A stretch of 64,000 bases of DNA from Octopus vulgaris (taxonomy: Eukaryota): NCBI GenBank assembly GCA_951406725.2, contig OX597819.1, positions 46,562,001-46,626,000 of the forward strand, given 5' to 3'. Each line of letters begins with the position of its first letter. Position 1 is the first letter of the stretch. The notes below the pieces were generated by a model that worked only from the letters and a program-made list of their open reading frames with translations, made no database searches and had not been told where the DNA came from. Shown one piece after another: positions 16,248 to 29,165 of this stretch. The translations under genes were made by a program, and so were the position numbers.

Positions 16248-16334
16248 CTTATATACATTCATACACACGCACACGCACACATTTATATAATTTCTTAAGT
16301 TACGGGGAGGTGTATTTGGTATCAATCTTTATTT

Positions 16335-16440
16335 TGTACAACGGCCGTTTCGACCCATCCAGCTACTGTCCCTTAGGAGTGGTACTCCGTTCAGCATGTT
16401 GCATAGCATGAATTTTGCAGTCTGGCTCTCATCAGGTACA
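16335..16440 (-). ncRNA. Type I hammerhead ribozyme motif with enlarged stem-II loop
   Basis: UGUAC-CUGAUGA-GAGCCA...UGGGUC-GAAAC-GGCC-GUU-GUACA, followed by AAUAAA. Confidence 0.72.
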
Positions 16441-16543
16441 TCCGTACAGAAAGGTGTGTCTTACTAGAGATCCTGCATTTGGGTTGTAACAACATGACAC
16501 CCAAATCTCGCGACCTTTAGCGAGACACAACTTTATATGTGGA

Positions 16544-16649
16544 TGTACCTGACGAGACACAGACAGCAAAATTGATGCAACACCACATGTTGAACGGAGT
16601 CCCACCCATAAGGAACAGTAGCAAAATGGGTCAAAACGACCGTTGTACG
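16544..16649 (+). ncRNA. Hammerhead motif, mirror copy, probably inactive
   Basis: UGUAC-CUGACGA-GACACA...UGGGUC-AAAAC-GACC-GUU-GUAC; GAAA has become AAAA. Confidence 0.55.
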
Positions 16650-16884
16650 AAATAAGGATTTATACCTAATCCCTTTTTCTCGTTACCCCAAAAATTATTA
16701 TCATTATTATTTTAACACTGCAGAGATCCTGCACTAGATCCAACGGAAATAAACCCCGACTGCGGATGACACCAGGTAGCCCAATCTGCGCCAGTGCTCT
16801 ACTCAACACTTCAACACACTAATCGACATATACTCATTAGACCAAGATATCAAATATGTATATATAATATACAGGACTTAATAT

Positions 16885-17254
16885 AAATTGTCTTGAGGTT
16901 TACAGCCAAACGGCTGGGTGGATTCGCGCGAAAAATGGCACACATGTGGAGACGGGTGCGTAGATTGGAATGCGGTTTGTATTTTTTTCTTAGCCCCCAT
17001 ACTTACCGAGAAAATCGATTAAAAATTTTCTAATGGAATTCCCCTCTTTCTTCTGCTGTTAAAACAACCAGTTGCTTAGAAGCTGTTTCCTGGTGGGGTG
17101 GGGTCAGGAAATGTTCATACAGCTGGAGGCTCCAATTGAAATAGGGGACCCAAAATGATCTGGTTGAGAAACGCTGTTATAGATTATGCCGAGCCAAAAA
17201 CGATCACAGCCACATCATCCAAACAGACCGGGTGAAACCGGGCTTAGCTGCTAG
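16885..17254 (+). mobile_element. Non-autonomous Helitron-like element, copy 1
   Basis: Subterminal AAACGGCTGGGTGGATT; 3' hairpin CCGGGTGAAACCGGG ~8 nt before a terminal CTAG (17251-17254) followed by T. Confidence 0.68.
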
Positions 17255-17802
17255 TATAATATAAATTGGACATGGGCGATCGTTGTATTCTTTCTTGTCT
17301 TGAGATTCACAGCCAAACGGCTGGGTGGATTCGTGTGGAAAATGGTACACGTGTGGAGACTTGTGCATAGTTTGGAATGCGGTTTGTATTTTTTTTCTAG
17401 CCACCATACTTACCGAGAAAATCGATTAGAACTTTTCCTAATGGAATTCCCGCGTTTGTTACGCCATTAAAACAACCAGTTGCTCACACAGCCGGCATAT
17501 ACCATTTCGCTAGCAACAAGAGGAGTACGAGATAATTTTTGCTATGCTGTCTCTCTTCTTTCACCTCTTTGTAGGGTTAATAATCATAATCTTTAGTTAC
17601 AGTTTCTCATTCAAACTGCATAATAGGCAGATTTGTCGGATTAACACAGTAAGGTGTTTTGAGGGAGATTTGGCTGCTGTTTCTACCAGGTCTAGCTACC
17701 ATGTAGAGGTCTGAACTTTATTTTCATTCACATATTTGCATTTCAAAAATTTAACATAATCTTTTCCATAAATCAACAATCGTAAACACTTACACACACG
17801 CA

Positions 17803-17847
<45 letters not shown>

Positions 17848-18200
17848 CCATTTCATATATCTTCTTTCAATTTCTGCTCTGTGCAAATAAATTTTTACGG
17901 ATAAAACTGCTTACAAAAATAGGGATTATTGTATAATTTCTTTCTATCCTCATAATTTATTCAATATTTTAATGATTAGACAGAGGTCCAATAGAATAGC
18001 TCTCAGAAACAGACTACGTACACATTCGTTCTTCACAACTCCTGAAGCTGTTTTCTGACAAGTGGGATGAGTCAGAAAATTTTCATACAGGGGACCCGAA
18101 AGGATGAGGTTGAGAAACGCTGTTATAGATTATGCCTAACCGAAAACGATCACAGCCACATCATCCAAACAGACCGAGTGAAACCGGACTTAGCTGCTAG
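17255..18200 (+). mobile_element. Non-autonomous Helitron-like element, copy 2 (tandem, ~560 bp extra internal segment)
   Basis: 17295-17484 matches the 5' part of copy 1; 18044-18200 matches its 3' part and ends GCTGCTAG. Confidence 0.65.
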
Positions 18201-18386
18201 CATATATATATATATATATATATATAATTAGAAAAAAATCCACGTTTTATCAATTCAAAATGAACAACTAAATTACACTATCTAGAAAATTACATATAAT
18301 AGAAATATTATAATTAAAATAACAATAAAATAACAATGATTAAGTAAATTGCAAAAAAATAATATAAACGTATGTAATTAGTAGAA

Positions 18387-18491
18387 TAACGACACGTGTT
18401 TCGTGGCTATATTTAAGAAATGATTATAGTAAAAAAAATTAACAGTGGTAGTAAAATCACTTTGATATAAATATAGCCACTCATCACGTTA
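18387..18491 (-). ncRNA. Hammerhead-like motif with 12 bp perfect stem II (C3G variant)
   Basis: UAAC-GUGAUGA-GUGGCUAUAUUU...AAAUAUAGCCAC-GAAAC-ACGU-GUC-GUUA; lies between (TA)n tracts. Confidence 0.6.
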
Positions 18492-18532
18492 AAAATAAAC
18501 TAGAATAATAAAATAATTAATTAATAAATATA

Positions 18533-18570
<38 letters not shown>

Positions 18571-18574
<4 letters not shown>

Positions 18575-18774
18575 ATCCAAACCTGAAAGAACAAAATAAC
18601 ACAACAACGCGAGGATGTGGAACAAATATAGTATTATTGGACGCTCAGGAAAGAAGGAAAGAAGGAGGGCCTAACGTTTCGAGCGGAGCTCTTCGTCGGA
18701 AACATAGAAGGAAAGATCCAGAGAAGGGAAGACAGAGGAAAAAAGATCGCCAACGGTACACACGCCGTCACATT

Positions 18775-18775
<1 letters not shown>
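18571..18775 (-). mobile_element. Short TA-flanked element with minimal hammerhead-like motif (18681-18712)
   Basis: CCGACGA-A-GAGC-UCC-GCUC-GAAAC-GUU, then CCUGAGCGUCCAAUAAUAC; bounded by (TA)n on both sides. Confidence 0.55.
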
Positions 18776-18833
<58 letters not shown>

Positions 18834-19127
18834 CATGTATGTATGTATGTGTGTATGTATATATGCATATATATATATATAGTTAAAATCTAGAGGAAAA
18901 TAAATAAGCGAACAACGAAAACAGGCATATGAAAAACAAGCAGGTGTATTAGTTTAACGCTCGTGAAAGTGAGAAAGTCTTTTATGTTTTGAGCCTACGC
19001 TCTTCAACAGAAAAGAACATGCGGAAACAAACAGAGAGAATATGAAAAGAAAATCTTGTGTATTTAGCGATCAGTCATGCATAAACACATACACACATAA
19101 GCATACATGTGTGTGAATGCGTATATA

Positions 19128-19214
<87 letters not shown>

Positions 19215-19310
19215 GTACATATATACATGTATATGTATATATATATATATATATATGTGTGAGTATGTATGTATGTATATATATATATACATACGTGTGT
19301 CTGTGTGTGT

Positions 19311-19448
19311 ACGACGGGCTTCTTTTCAGTTTCCGTCTTGCAGAAGGCCCGAGGCTACAGTAGTAGAAACTTGGCCAAGTTGCTACGCAGTGGGATCTGA
19401 ACCGAGAACCATGTGGTTGGGAAGGAAGCCTCTTACCACACGGCCATA
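19311..19448 (-). mobile_element. SINE family A 5' half
   Basis: ACGACGGGCTTCTTTTCAGTTTCCGTC...CTTACCACACGGCC matches the family A head on the minus strand. Confidence 0.8.
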
Positions 19449-20224
19449 CGTACTTTTACGCATGGATGTCTATGGTGCTAATGGTAGTGGCGTTGATGGT
19501 GGTGTCAATGGTGGCGGTGGTGACAGTTTTAGTGTTGGTTGATAATTGTTGGAGTTGGTCTTGTCGCTGCTGCTGCTGTTGCTTTTGTTGTGTTGTTGTT
19601 ATTGTTGTTGCTGATGTCATTTTTGTTGTTGTTCGTCGTTGTCGTCGTACTGATGCAGGTGGTGGTGGTGGTGGTGGTTGTGGTCATCGTCGTCGTCGTG
19701 GTCGTAGTCGTGGTCGTAGTGGTCGTGGTGGTCGTGGTCGTGGTGGTCGTGGTCGTGGTGGTGGCGGCGGCGTTTGTGGTGGTGGTAGTGGTGGTGGTTG
19801 TGGTGGTGGTCGTCGTCGTCGTCGTTGTCGTCGTGTTTTTAGCAGCGTGATGGTGGTGGTGATAGTGCTGGTGATAGTGTTGTTGCGATGGTGTTCATGG
19901 CGGCGGTGATGGCGGTGGTTGTGATGTTGTTTTTGATGAATAATATTGGTAATGGTGTTGGTTGTTTCGCTCTAAGTGAACACTGACTAAACAAAAACCC
20001 AGCATTCATTAACACTTAGCATTCCAGCCATGAATATCCATCCTCCAGTCGAGCAATGTAAATAACGGACTACATTATCGAAATTCTCACCCACCCTTTT
20101 TTCCAAAAACAGCAATGCATGAACTGAGGGAGATTTGGCAACCGTTTCAAGCAGCTTAGACAACCACAAAGAGCCCTCAAAGCTGACTGCTGCAGCTGCT
20201 GCCCTTGCTGTTGTTATTTTTTAG

Positions 20225-20490
20225 CCTCAAATCTAAAAGATCAGATCTTTGATCAAAGACATCCCGGCCATGACCACCCCATCTCTTTACCCATGTACCG
20301 GTAAACCAGAACCACATTATGCAATGTGTTGTGGTTTTCTTTCCTGTTTTTGTTTTCTTATCCTATTTTCTTTTTGGAGGAGGGTTCTTTTGCTGTATTT
20401 TTGTTTTTGATGTTGATGCATGATTTGTGGGAGGTTTAGCTGCTATTTCTAAAATATCAAGCGTCTACGTTCAGGCTCCCTCACTGGCTC
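20225..20490 (+). repeat. Unclassified dispersed repeat family (copies near 14530, 17650, 19990, 41415 minus, 44975)
   Basis: Shared motifs TCC(C/G)GCCATGACCA and GGGAGATTTGGCTGCT(A/G)TTTCTA. Confidence 0.6.
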
Positions 20491-20903
20491 GATATGGTGA
20501 TGTGTCGTTTGATGGTGTTAGTTCGAAAGTGTTTCGGTGCACATAACGTTAGACAATTACGAAAATATCGACCTTCACATAAAATATAGCACAGATTGTA
20601 CAAATGAAAGACAGGGAGAGATGGTTAGGGAGGGGAAAAATAGGGAGAAAGAGAGAAAGAAACAGCGAGAGGGAAAGGGAGAGATGAGGGGTTCCAATGG
20701 GACTCGAATATATTTACGGTAGCATGATAATACTGATCGCGCTTATGTAATAGATTTCCGAACCTGTCCTATCTATCAATTTATCTATCAATCGATCAGT
20801 CATCCTAACTGCATACCTGCCACCATCAATATCTATATGCATGTATATTATATATACATACATACATGTATATATATATATATATATGCATACATACATG
20901 TTT

Positions 20904-20967
<64 letters not shown>

Positions 20968-21220
20968 TACATATATGTTTATACATATATATGTATATAT
21001 ATACATTCATACATACATGTACATACATATATATATACATATACATATACACATACATATATATGTATGTGTGTGTGTATATGTATATATATATACGTGT
21101 GTGTGTATATATATATACGTATGTGTGTGCATGATTATATATATATAAATATATTATATTATATAACATAAGCATATATATATATGTATCCATATATATA
21201 CATTTACGTATATACATATA

Positions 21221-21280
<60 letters not shown>

Positions 21281-21850
21281 TATATGTATGTATGTATGTA
21301 AGTATGTATGTATGTATGTATGTATGTATGTACATGTATATGCATGCTTATTCTCACCTATATATCAGTCGTTTTGCTTTGATCTGCCTCTGTGTTTATG
21401 TGTATTTTGCAGTTTCAAGAGAGAACGCCGAAGGCTTCTCTGGCAGCTATGACACTTTCCGATACATTTGATGTATGGCTGTTTCATGTTTGATGTATGA
21501 TTTTGATCAACACCGAGAGTTCGCCAGCGATAAAAACGAGATATTAAACCTTGCAGTCCCTTAAATAACTGTAGTACTGTAGAGATATATGGCAACTGAT
21601 AAAGTTAAGTAAAATGAAATCTACCTTAAATGCCCTACACACTCGTACACGCCATACACGCATGTATACGAATCGATACAGGCACATACATGTGTAAGAT
21701 ACATACACATGCATACATATCCGCACACACTCACACATCCACACACACACATATATATATATATATATGCATGTATGAATATATACTTATATATGTATAT
21801 ATATATATATATAGATATTCATTATATATATATATATATATAGGTATGTA

Positions 21851-21894
<44 letters not shown>

Positions 21895-22297
21895 CATATG
21901 TATATATATATATATATGTATGTATGTATGTATGTATATGTATATATACATATGTATGTATATGTATCTCTCTCTCTCCCTATGTTTGTGTGTGTGTACA
22001 CAAATATATAAAGGGTTGAGCAGACAGAATTGTTGAAGCATCGGAGAAAATGCTAACCACCATTTCTTCAGACTCTCTACACTCTCTGTTCAAATCCAAC
22101 CATGACCAATTTTTTTTCATCGGTAGTCGATGAAATAAAGTACCTGTCAAATTCTAGGGTGGGTGTTATATCGATTTGTTCCTCTCACTCAAATGGTTGG
22201 CTTCATGCTGAAATAGAAAGGTATATATATATATATGGGGGGGGGTGCGTGTGCGTGTGTGTGTGTCTATATACACACTCACACACACATTGCTATG

Positions 22298-22490
22298 ATA
22301 GAAGGCCAGCCACTCCGCATTCTTTATTTTCTTTCCTTGTTTCTTTGTGTTCCTTTCTGTAGAAGAGCGTAGGCTCGAAACGTTAAAGACTTTTTCACTT
22401 CCCGAGCGTTAAACTAATACATCTGTTTGTTGTCTACACCACCTGTCTTCGTCTTTTTGTTTTTTTTGTGTGAATTATCCCCCTATATAT
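22298..22490 (+). mobile_element. Short element with minimal hammerhead-like motif (22353-22388); second copy at 18882-19078 (-)
   Basis: CUUU-CUGUAGA-A-GAGC-GUAG-GCUC-GAAAC-GUU-AAAG, then CGAGCGUUAAACUAAUAC; ends at a TA tract. Confidence 0.55.
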
Positions 22491-22534
22491 CACTAATCTG
22501 ATAGGAAGTAAAAGAAATAATATTCAATGCGGTA

Positions 22535-22930
22535 TTGCCAAACTGTATGCTAATGAAGTGTGCATATAACTCTTTAGTCTTGTGCTTGCAGTACGCTTTT
22601 GAAAAACTTCCATCAAACGTTGAATTTCTCTTGACTGAACTTCCATTTGGTTGTTGCAGTGATGACTTGCATAATCAAAAAATATAAATCTATATTCGAA
22701 ACATGAATACCAGATGTTTTCTCTCAAGCGCTTTCACCTTTTAAGAAAGTTTCTGAAACTAGAGAGCTGGTTACTGGGAAAATTAGGTTTAATATTTTGT
22801 TGAACTGGCAAGAAATAAAAGCTTGTTTTGCAGCTATAGACAATTTCTGGCTGAATAGATACGAAGTAAAAAGTTGTAGCTCTGAAAGAAATCTCTTAGT
22901 TGATTGGTTATTTATCTCTATGGCAAGGGA
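22535..22930 (+). pseudogene. Degraded hAT-like transposase fragment
   Basis: PNCMLMKCAYNSLVLCLQYAFEKLPSNVEFLLTELP (decayed CxxH region) and KVSETR..LV.GK..FNILLNWQEIKACF (TRW region); frameshifted. Confidence 0.55.
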
Positions 22931-23020
22931 GAGAATTGGCTTGCGAGGAATCCATATTTGTTCCTATTTTTTCGTCAGTGAAGTGAAAGGAATGAAATAT
23001 TTTATTTTCATACATATTCT

Positions 23021-23239
23021 TTTATCCTTTTTTATTCTTTAATTTGGTTCAGTCATTTGACTGTGGCCATGCTGGAGCACGGCCTTTAGTCGAGCGAATC
23101 GACCGCAGGACTTATTCTTTGTACTTATTCCTTAGTACTTATTCTATTGGTTTCTTTTGCCGAATCGCTAAGTGATTTTGGTTGTCAAGCGATGTTGGGA
23201 GAACGAACACAGGCACACAATCACACACACATGCACATG

Positions 23240-23310
<71 letters not shown>

Positions 23311-23709
23311 AGGCGCGTGGCTTAGTGGTTAGGGTGTCAGCATCATGATCGTAAGATTGTGGTTTCGATTCCTGGACTGGGCGACGCGTTGTGTTCTTGA
23401 GCAAAATACTTCATATCACGTTGCTCCAGTCCACTCAGCTGCCAAAAATGTGTAACGCTGCGATGGACTGGCGTCCCGTCCAGCTAGGGAACACATACGC
23501 CATTGAAACCGGGAAACCGGGCCCATGAGCTTGGCTAGACTTTAAAAGGGCGCATTTATATATATATATACACGATGGACTTCTTTCAGTTTCCATCTAC
23601 TAAATTCACTCACAAGGCTTTGGCCGGCTCGAGGTTCGACACAGAGGGGCTGGACCCGGAACCGTGTGGTTGGTAAGCAAGCTATTTACCACACAGCCAC
23701 TCCTGCGCC
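23021..23709 (-). mobile_element. SINE family A copy interrupted by a family B SINE
   Basis: 3' half at 23021-23230 and 5' half at 23570-23709; family B element sits inside the internal microsatellite. Confidence 0.85.
23309..23557 (+). mobile_element. SINE family B (tRNA head, CORE/V-like motifs)
   Basis: A box TGGCTTAGTGG, B box GTTTCGATTCC, GTGTTCTTGAGCAA, GCGATGGACTGGCGTCCCGTCCAG. Related copies at 29405, 30088, 33702 and 48786. Confidence 0.82.
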
Positions 23710-23885
23710 TCTGTACTTTCTGTATTTTTTCTCAGTTTTTCTTGTAATCATAGAATCGCTACATTTGTATATAGTTACCATTTGAATCTAGGTAGATGTC
23801 ATCAGTGCGACGTGGTCGGGAATCTAGAGCCTGTTGAGCATTGCATTACACTGCATTAGATTAAGTTAATCATTATTCATTTTAA

Positions 23886-24045
23886 GGTCGTGGCTGTGTG
23901 ATAAGAAGCTTGCTTCCCAACCACATGGTTCTGGTTTCAGTCCCATTGCGTGGGACGTTGGGGAAGTGTCTTCTACTATAGCCTCGGGCCGACCAAAGCC
24001 TTGTGAGAGGATTTGGTAGACGGAGCTAAAAGAAGCCCATCGTGT

Positions 24046-24123
<78 letters not shown>

Positions 24124-24168
24124 ATATGTATGTATGTATATATATGCATATATATATATGCATATATG

Positions 24169-24199
<31 letters not shown>

Positions 24200-24217
24200 G
24201 AGAGAGAGAGAGATAGG

Positions 24218-24263
<46 letters not shown>

Positions 24264-24570
24264 TATAGATAGATAGATATAGACACACATGCACATACAC
24301 ACACACATATATATATATATATGTATATGCATATATACATATATATATGTGTGTGCATGTATTTTTGTACCTGTCTTTGTCCCCACTTGACAACAGGTGT
24401 TCCTATTCTTACGTCCTCGTAATCTAATGCCTCAGGGCAAAACAGACCGATAGAAGAAGTAACGGGCTTGGTAAAAGTACTGGGGTCGATTCATTTAGTT
24501 AAAAATCTCTCAAGGTAGTGCTGCAACATGGCCATAGTCGAATGACTGAAACAATTAAATAAACAAAAAT
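23886..24570 (+). mobile_element. SINE family A copy with expanded (~320 bp) internal microsatellite
   Basis: Head at 23886-24045, compound microsatellite, diverged 3' half at 24370-24570. Confidence 0.85.
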
Positions 24571-24988
24571 GAAGGAGAAACAGGAAAAATATCTGAAATC
24601 ATTTCGTTATGAGGAAATCGTTAACGTTCATTATTAGTGTATAAGAGGTAGAGGTGTTAAGGGAGATTAGTAAACAAGATTTGTGAGTGCAGTGCAGTGC
24701 TTCAGTCTCTTACAATGATCTGTATTAACTGTGCAAATATTTAGAGCCACTAATAAAACGTTTGTAATATTGATGGCTCTGAATATAAGGTAAAAATAAG
24801 ATTGATTTTGAAGCCAAATTTAAGCAAAAAGCTGATAATCATCTACTTCGCTGCAAAGAAAAATCGGCATACCAAGAAAGATCGCAAATTTCCTCGCTGT
24901 CAAAAGACGATGCCGTAAATTCATTATTGAATCTATGGATCATCTGTACACCAGATTATGCGATGCATCTAACGTTTTCAAATGGACA

Positions 24989-25075
<87 letters not shown>

Positions 25076-25231
25076 TCATTGCTTAAACCTACTACAGTAT
25101 TGAATATAATATCTAAAAAAAAATAACAGAGACTTTTCATATTTTCATGTTATATTATTTAGATTAAAACACTTTAAGAAAATTACAAGGGATTATTTTA
25201 GAAAACATTTAAGATCTAAAAAACTAATAAC

Positions 25232-25288
<57 letters not shown>

Positions 25289-25319
25289 GTATGCATATAC
25301 TTAGACATAAACACACACA

Positions 25320-25370
<51 letters not shown>

Positions 25371-26248
25371 TGCTTGAGATAGTTGACTTTGTCTCTTGAT
25401 AATATTGTATTTTTTGTGTGTACTCCAGAAGTGCAATGTTATATAAACAAGTTCACTCGTTATGGGCTGTTACCTGGAAGACCTGGTTTGGTCTAATCTA
25501 ACACAAGCTTTCATAATGAAACAGTAGAATACGAGGAAATTATATAAAAATCTTTATGGGTAAAAATATACGCAAAAGTCCACAAGATGGAGTAAATCAT
25601 TTAGTAGTGAGAACAACAAGAAATCGCTTCAACGAGCCGCTCTGTCCGAAACGTTAGATTATAAGCACTTTAGTCATGGTAAATAGAGGGCAAGCTCGCA
25701 ACTAGAATTCTTTGGCCATAGGTCTCTCGTTCAAGACCGACAATGTCTTAATAAACAGAAACAATTGAGCCAATAAGGGAACGTTCTTTATGAGCTTCAA
25801 TCTGAGAAAATGAAAATCTCTGCTTTAAAGTTCCATCAAACTTATTAACTAAAGATGTTTGTTTTTTTCTCCACCGTCCATTCCATTCCACATCCTCTTC
25901 GTTTCGCGAAGTATCGGAGGAATAGAGGCCGTGAGGGAAAACGCTCAGTAGCATAACCAAGCTTGTTTTTGTCTTAGTGTTGGATAGTTTATTCTTAGGA
26001 AAGCTGTACTTTCAACATTATTTTCGTTCGTGGTGTGGTTAGCATGACAGATCCCTTTTGCTACAGTGTTTTGTGAAGAATTATTGTTGTTTTTGTACTT
26101 CTGCTGTTGTCGCAGCTAATTCTGTTGATGTTATCGTGGTTATGGTGTTAAAGACAAGACAGCTTCAGTTTTTGGGGGCGGGGGTAGAAGATCTGCAAAT
26201 GATCGTGCTATGGCATGAATATCTAGATTTCGGCACACTAGAAAACTC

Positions 26249-26320
<72 letters not shown>

Positions 26321-26414
26321 AAGGCACATTATATATTACATATATGCATATACAAACATATATATATCCATACACACGCATATGCACACATATACGCGGA
26401 TGGATATATGTACA

Positions 26415-26447
<33 letters not shown>

Positions 26448-26661
26448 GCATCGTCCATACGTATATATACATAGGTATATACGAAAATGCATATATGTAT
26501 GCCTGTATCTGCTAAATCTCTGTTTTTCAATCTTCTGGAATGCAAGGATGTGAGAAATGATTGGCTTATAGTTTTAGAGATTATATATGTATGTGTGTAT
26601 GTGTATGTTTGTGTGTCTGTGTGCCTGTGACTCTGTGACTGTGTGTCTGTGTGTATGTATA

Positions 26662-26694
<33 letters not shown>

Positions 26695-26719
26695 TATACA
26701 TACATACGTACGTATGATT

Positions 26720-27114
26720 GTAATTATTGGGGCCCTTGGATATGTAGCACACTGCTTAAATTCTTGAGAAATTAGGCTTCCCAAAACCAGAAAAGAGAAG
26801 GCTAATTCGAAGACTATACATCCAATCCATCACTGGAACTGTAAAAATCTGTAAAACTTTCAAGAAGTTAATCATTTAAATAAATATGAGCATATCTAGA
26901 CATGCAACTATATGCACGGGAATACATACATAAAACAAAACATAGAAATCTGCACATATATACATACATATACACACACACACACATACATACATACATA
27001 CATACATACATACATACATACATACATACATGCATACGTACCCTGTTGTTGATGTTGAAATTCCAATGAAGGAGCTTTGAATCTAGATTAGAAACCGGCC
27101 TTTTCTCTGAACAA

Positions 27115-27115
<1 letters not shown>
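26720..27115 (+). mobile_element. 5'-truncated R4/Dong-like RLE LINE (C-terminus + 3'UTR)
   Basis: VIIGALGYVAHCL..LEKLGFPKPEKRRLIRRLYIQSITGTVKICKTF. 3'UTR TTGAAATTCCAATGAAGGAGC...GAAACCGG is shared with 36180 and 37330. Flanked by (CATA)n. Confidence 0.75.
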
Positions 27116-27145
<30 letters not shown>

Positions 27146-28439
27146 CATACATACATACATACATACATGCATTCATGTATGTTTGTATTTGTGTGTGTAT
27201 CGCTCAAATCCCCGTTTATCCTTTTCCTTCAAGATCAGATGTTGTAGGAGAGATAACTGGTTACTAATTTTAGGGATTCGTGTAAATACGTGAGATCCTC
27301 TTCCTTTGTTATAATTGAAGCCCCTTATTTGATAGATGTAGACCCTGCGCACCTGAAATTAATCACCTGAAATTAATGAAAGTATCGGAATGAAACTATG
27401 TTCTTGGAATGTCTGCGTTTTAATGCGTAACTTCTCAAGTCTTTGTTATTTAAACCGGGTCCCAACGTGTAATTTGTCAGTAAGAAGTAAGATATAAGGA
27501 GTATTTATCTCGAGTGTTACTACATGGTATGTTATACAACCAGAAAAGTTCTAAAAGTTTTAAATTAACTGCTGCTTCTGTTCTATGTTCTTTGTCAATA
27601 TGCGAAAATATAAATTTTGGTCAGTTTTCTTGCAGTATTTTGAAAGCTGATAACCTTGAGAGATTCAATTATAGGAGCAAATCTACACACATACACACGC
27701 ACACACACATGCATATACACACACATAAATGTATACATATATACATATAAATGTACACATATACATGTAGATTCACTCCTCTCTCTCTCGCTCCCTTACT
27801 CTCTGTGCGTGTCTCTCTCTATCTATGTATATATAATATATATGATATGTGTGTATGTGCATATGCCTGTGCGTGCGTGTGTGTGCGTGTGTCTGTGCGT
27901 GCGTGTGTGTGTGTATGTGTGCCTGTGCGTGTTTGTGTGTGTGTGTACACGCCACAGTTTTGCAACGTTTTGATTTACAGTTTCGTTTCTCCCCACTCCA
28001 CTTCCCTTTGTTTTATGTTTCTGTTAAAATTTTGTTGTTAACCAGAACACATCGCCTGTTTGGATTAGTTATAAATTCCTCATGCAGCATCTGCAAATAT
28101 TTCCATTATTTCCGCTATTTTCACTATTTCCAGTATTTCCAATTGAGATCAGCAACTTTGGAAAATTCACAACAGCCAAATCATGAAGAATGAGAATTCA
28201 GAGGTGTAACTTTTAAAGTCAGATTTTGGTCCTTTTTTTTCATTTATCTTAATGCCAATTAACATGAAACTTTTAGTTCTTTCATAAACCGCTTCTGTTC
28301 TTATTACTTCCGTTATAACAGGCACTGTTTGACTGAAACCTCCTGGTAATTGGGGACTTCTATGCCAAATGTAAAGTAAATTTGTGAACGATGAAATAGA
28401 TCTGTCTCAATGACATCAATTTTTTTCTTTTTTATATCT

Positions 28440-28720
28440 TCATATTCTTTTATTCGTTTATTTTTTTTTTACTTGTTTCCGTCATTTCATTGCGGCAATG
28501 CTGGAGCACCGCCTTAGAGGGTTTCTTTTTTTTTTAGTCGAAGAAATCAATTCCAGGAATTATTCTTTGTAAACCTAATGCTTATTCTATCGGTCTCTTT
28601 TGTCCAACCGCTACATTACGGGGACGTAAAAACACCAACATCTGTTGTCAAGCCATGGGTGGGTGGGAACAAACATAGACACAAACACACACTCACACAC
28701 ACACGCACACACAAATATAT
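28440..28720 (-). mobile_element. SINE family A 3' half
   Basis: TGCGGCAATGCTGGAGCACCGCC...TTACGGGGACGTAAA matches the family A tail region. Confidence 0.8.
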
Positions 28721-28977
28721 ACATATGTATAAATTTATTTATTTATATTAAGGGCATTACTATATATAAATGCCTCAGATTCTGCAGCTGAATCTGTTTT
28801 TAAAAGGATCGCTTCAGAGTAGCATTCTCTCGCGTTCGGCACAATGTGTTTATCATGGTAGTTTTGACTTTAAGAGTCCCTCCTAGAAGAAATTGGAGGG
28901 AAAATAACAGGAAGAAGTTGATCGTTTGCGCTAGTAAACCATTAATTTAATTAATAAAGAAAAATGGTATTAATGAT

Positions 28978-29031
28978 GCATTTACGATCGTTTCTGTTTA
29001 CCAGTTGTAGTGGTAGACATCATCAGAAGGC
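28978..29031 (-). ncRNA. Type I hammerhead ribozyme motif, intact core
   Basis: GCCUU-CUGAUGA-UGUCUACCA-loop-UGGUAAACA-GAAAC-GAUC-GUA-AAUGC. Confidence 0.75.
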
Positions 29032-29165
29032 AGAGTCATATGTAGAGGTAAGAAGAACGAAAGAGATATGGATACATTGGTAACGAGAATAAAGACAAAG
29101 ATTAGTGAGTCTTACATTATAGTACATCCCTATGTCTTTCGCTCTTCTTACCTCTAATTATGACT

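Larger units (their letters stand above)
16311..16860. mobile_element. Fold-back element 1 with divergent hammerhead motifs (Penelope-like-derived candidate)
   Basis: Imperfect inverted repeat 16311-16673 (arms ~175 bp) plus a one-sided extension to the TA tract near 16860. Confidence 0.7.

Noticed and set aside
19466-19909. Gly/Arg-rich RGG-like ORF
   Set aside because: Derived from (GGT)/(CGT)/(GTT) trinucleotide repeats; the alternate frame gives poly-Val.
23309-23385. tRNA gene (also the heads at 861, 30512, 48786)
   Set aside because: A and B boxes are present but there is no complete cloverleaf, and the sequence continues into a SINE body.
25748-25960. 70 aa non-repetitive ORF (also 34946-35200 and 33146-33559)
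   Set aside because: Short, with no recognisable motif or clear splice context; cannot be supported without homology searches.
27050-27100. Hammerhead in ATGAAGGAGC...GAAACCGG (also 37330-37365)
   Set aside because: No CUGANGA core or GUH site; better explained as the R4/Dong-like 3'UTR.
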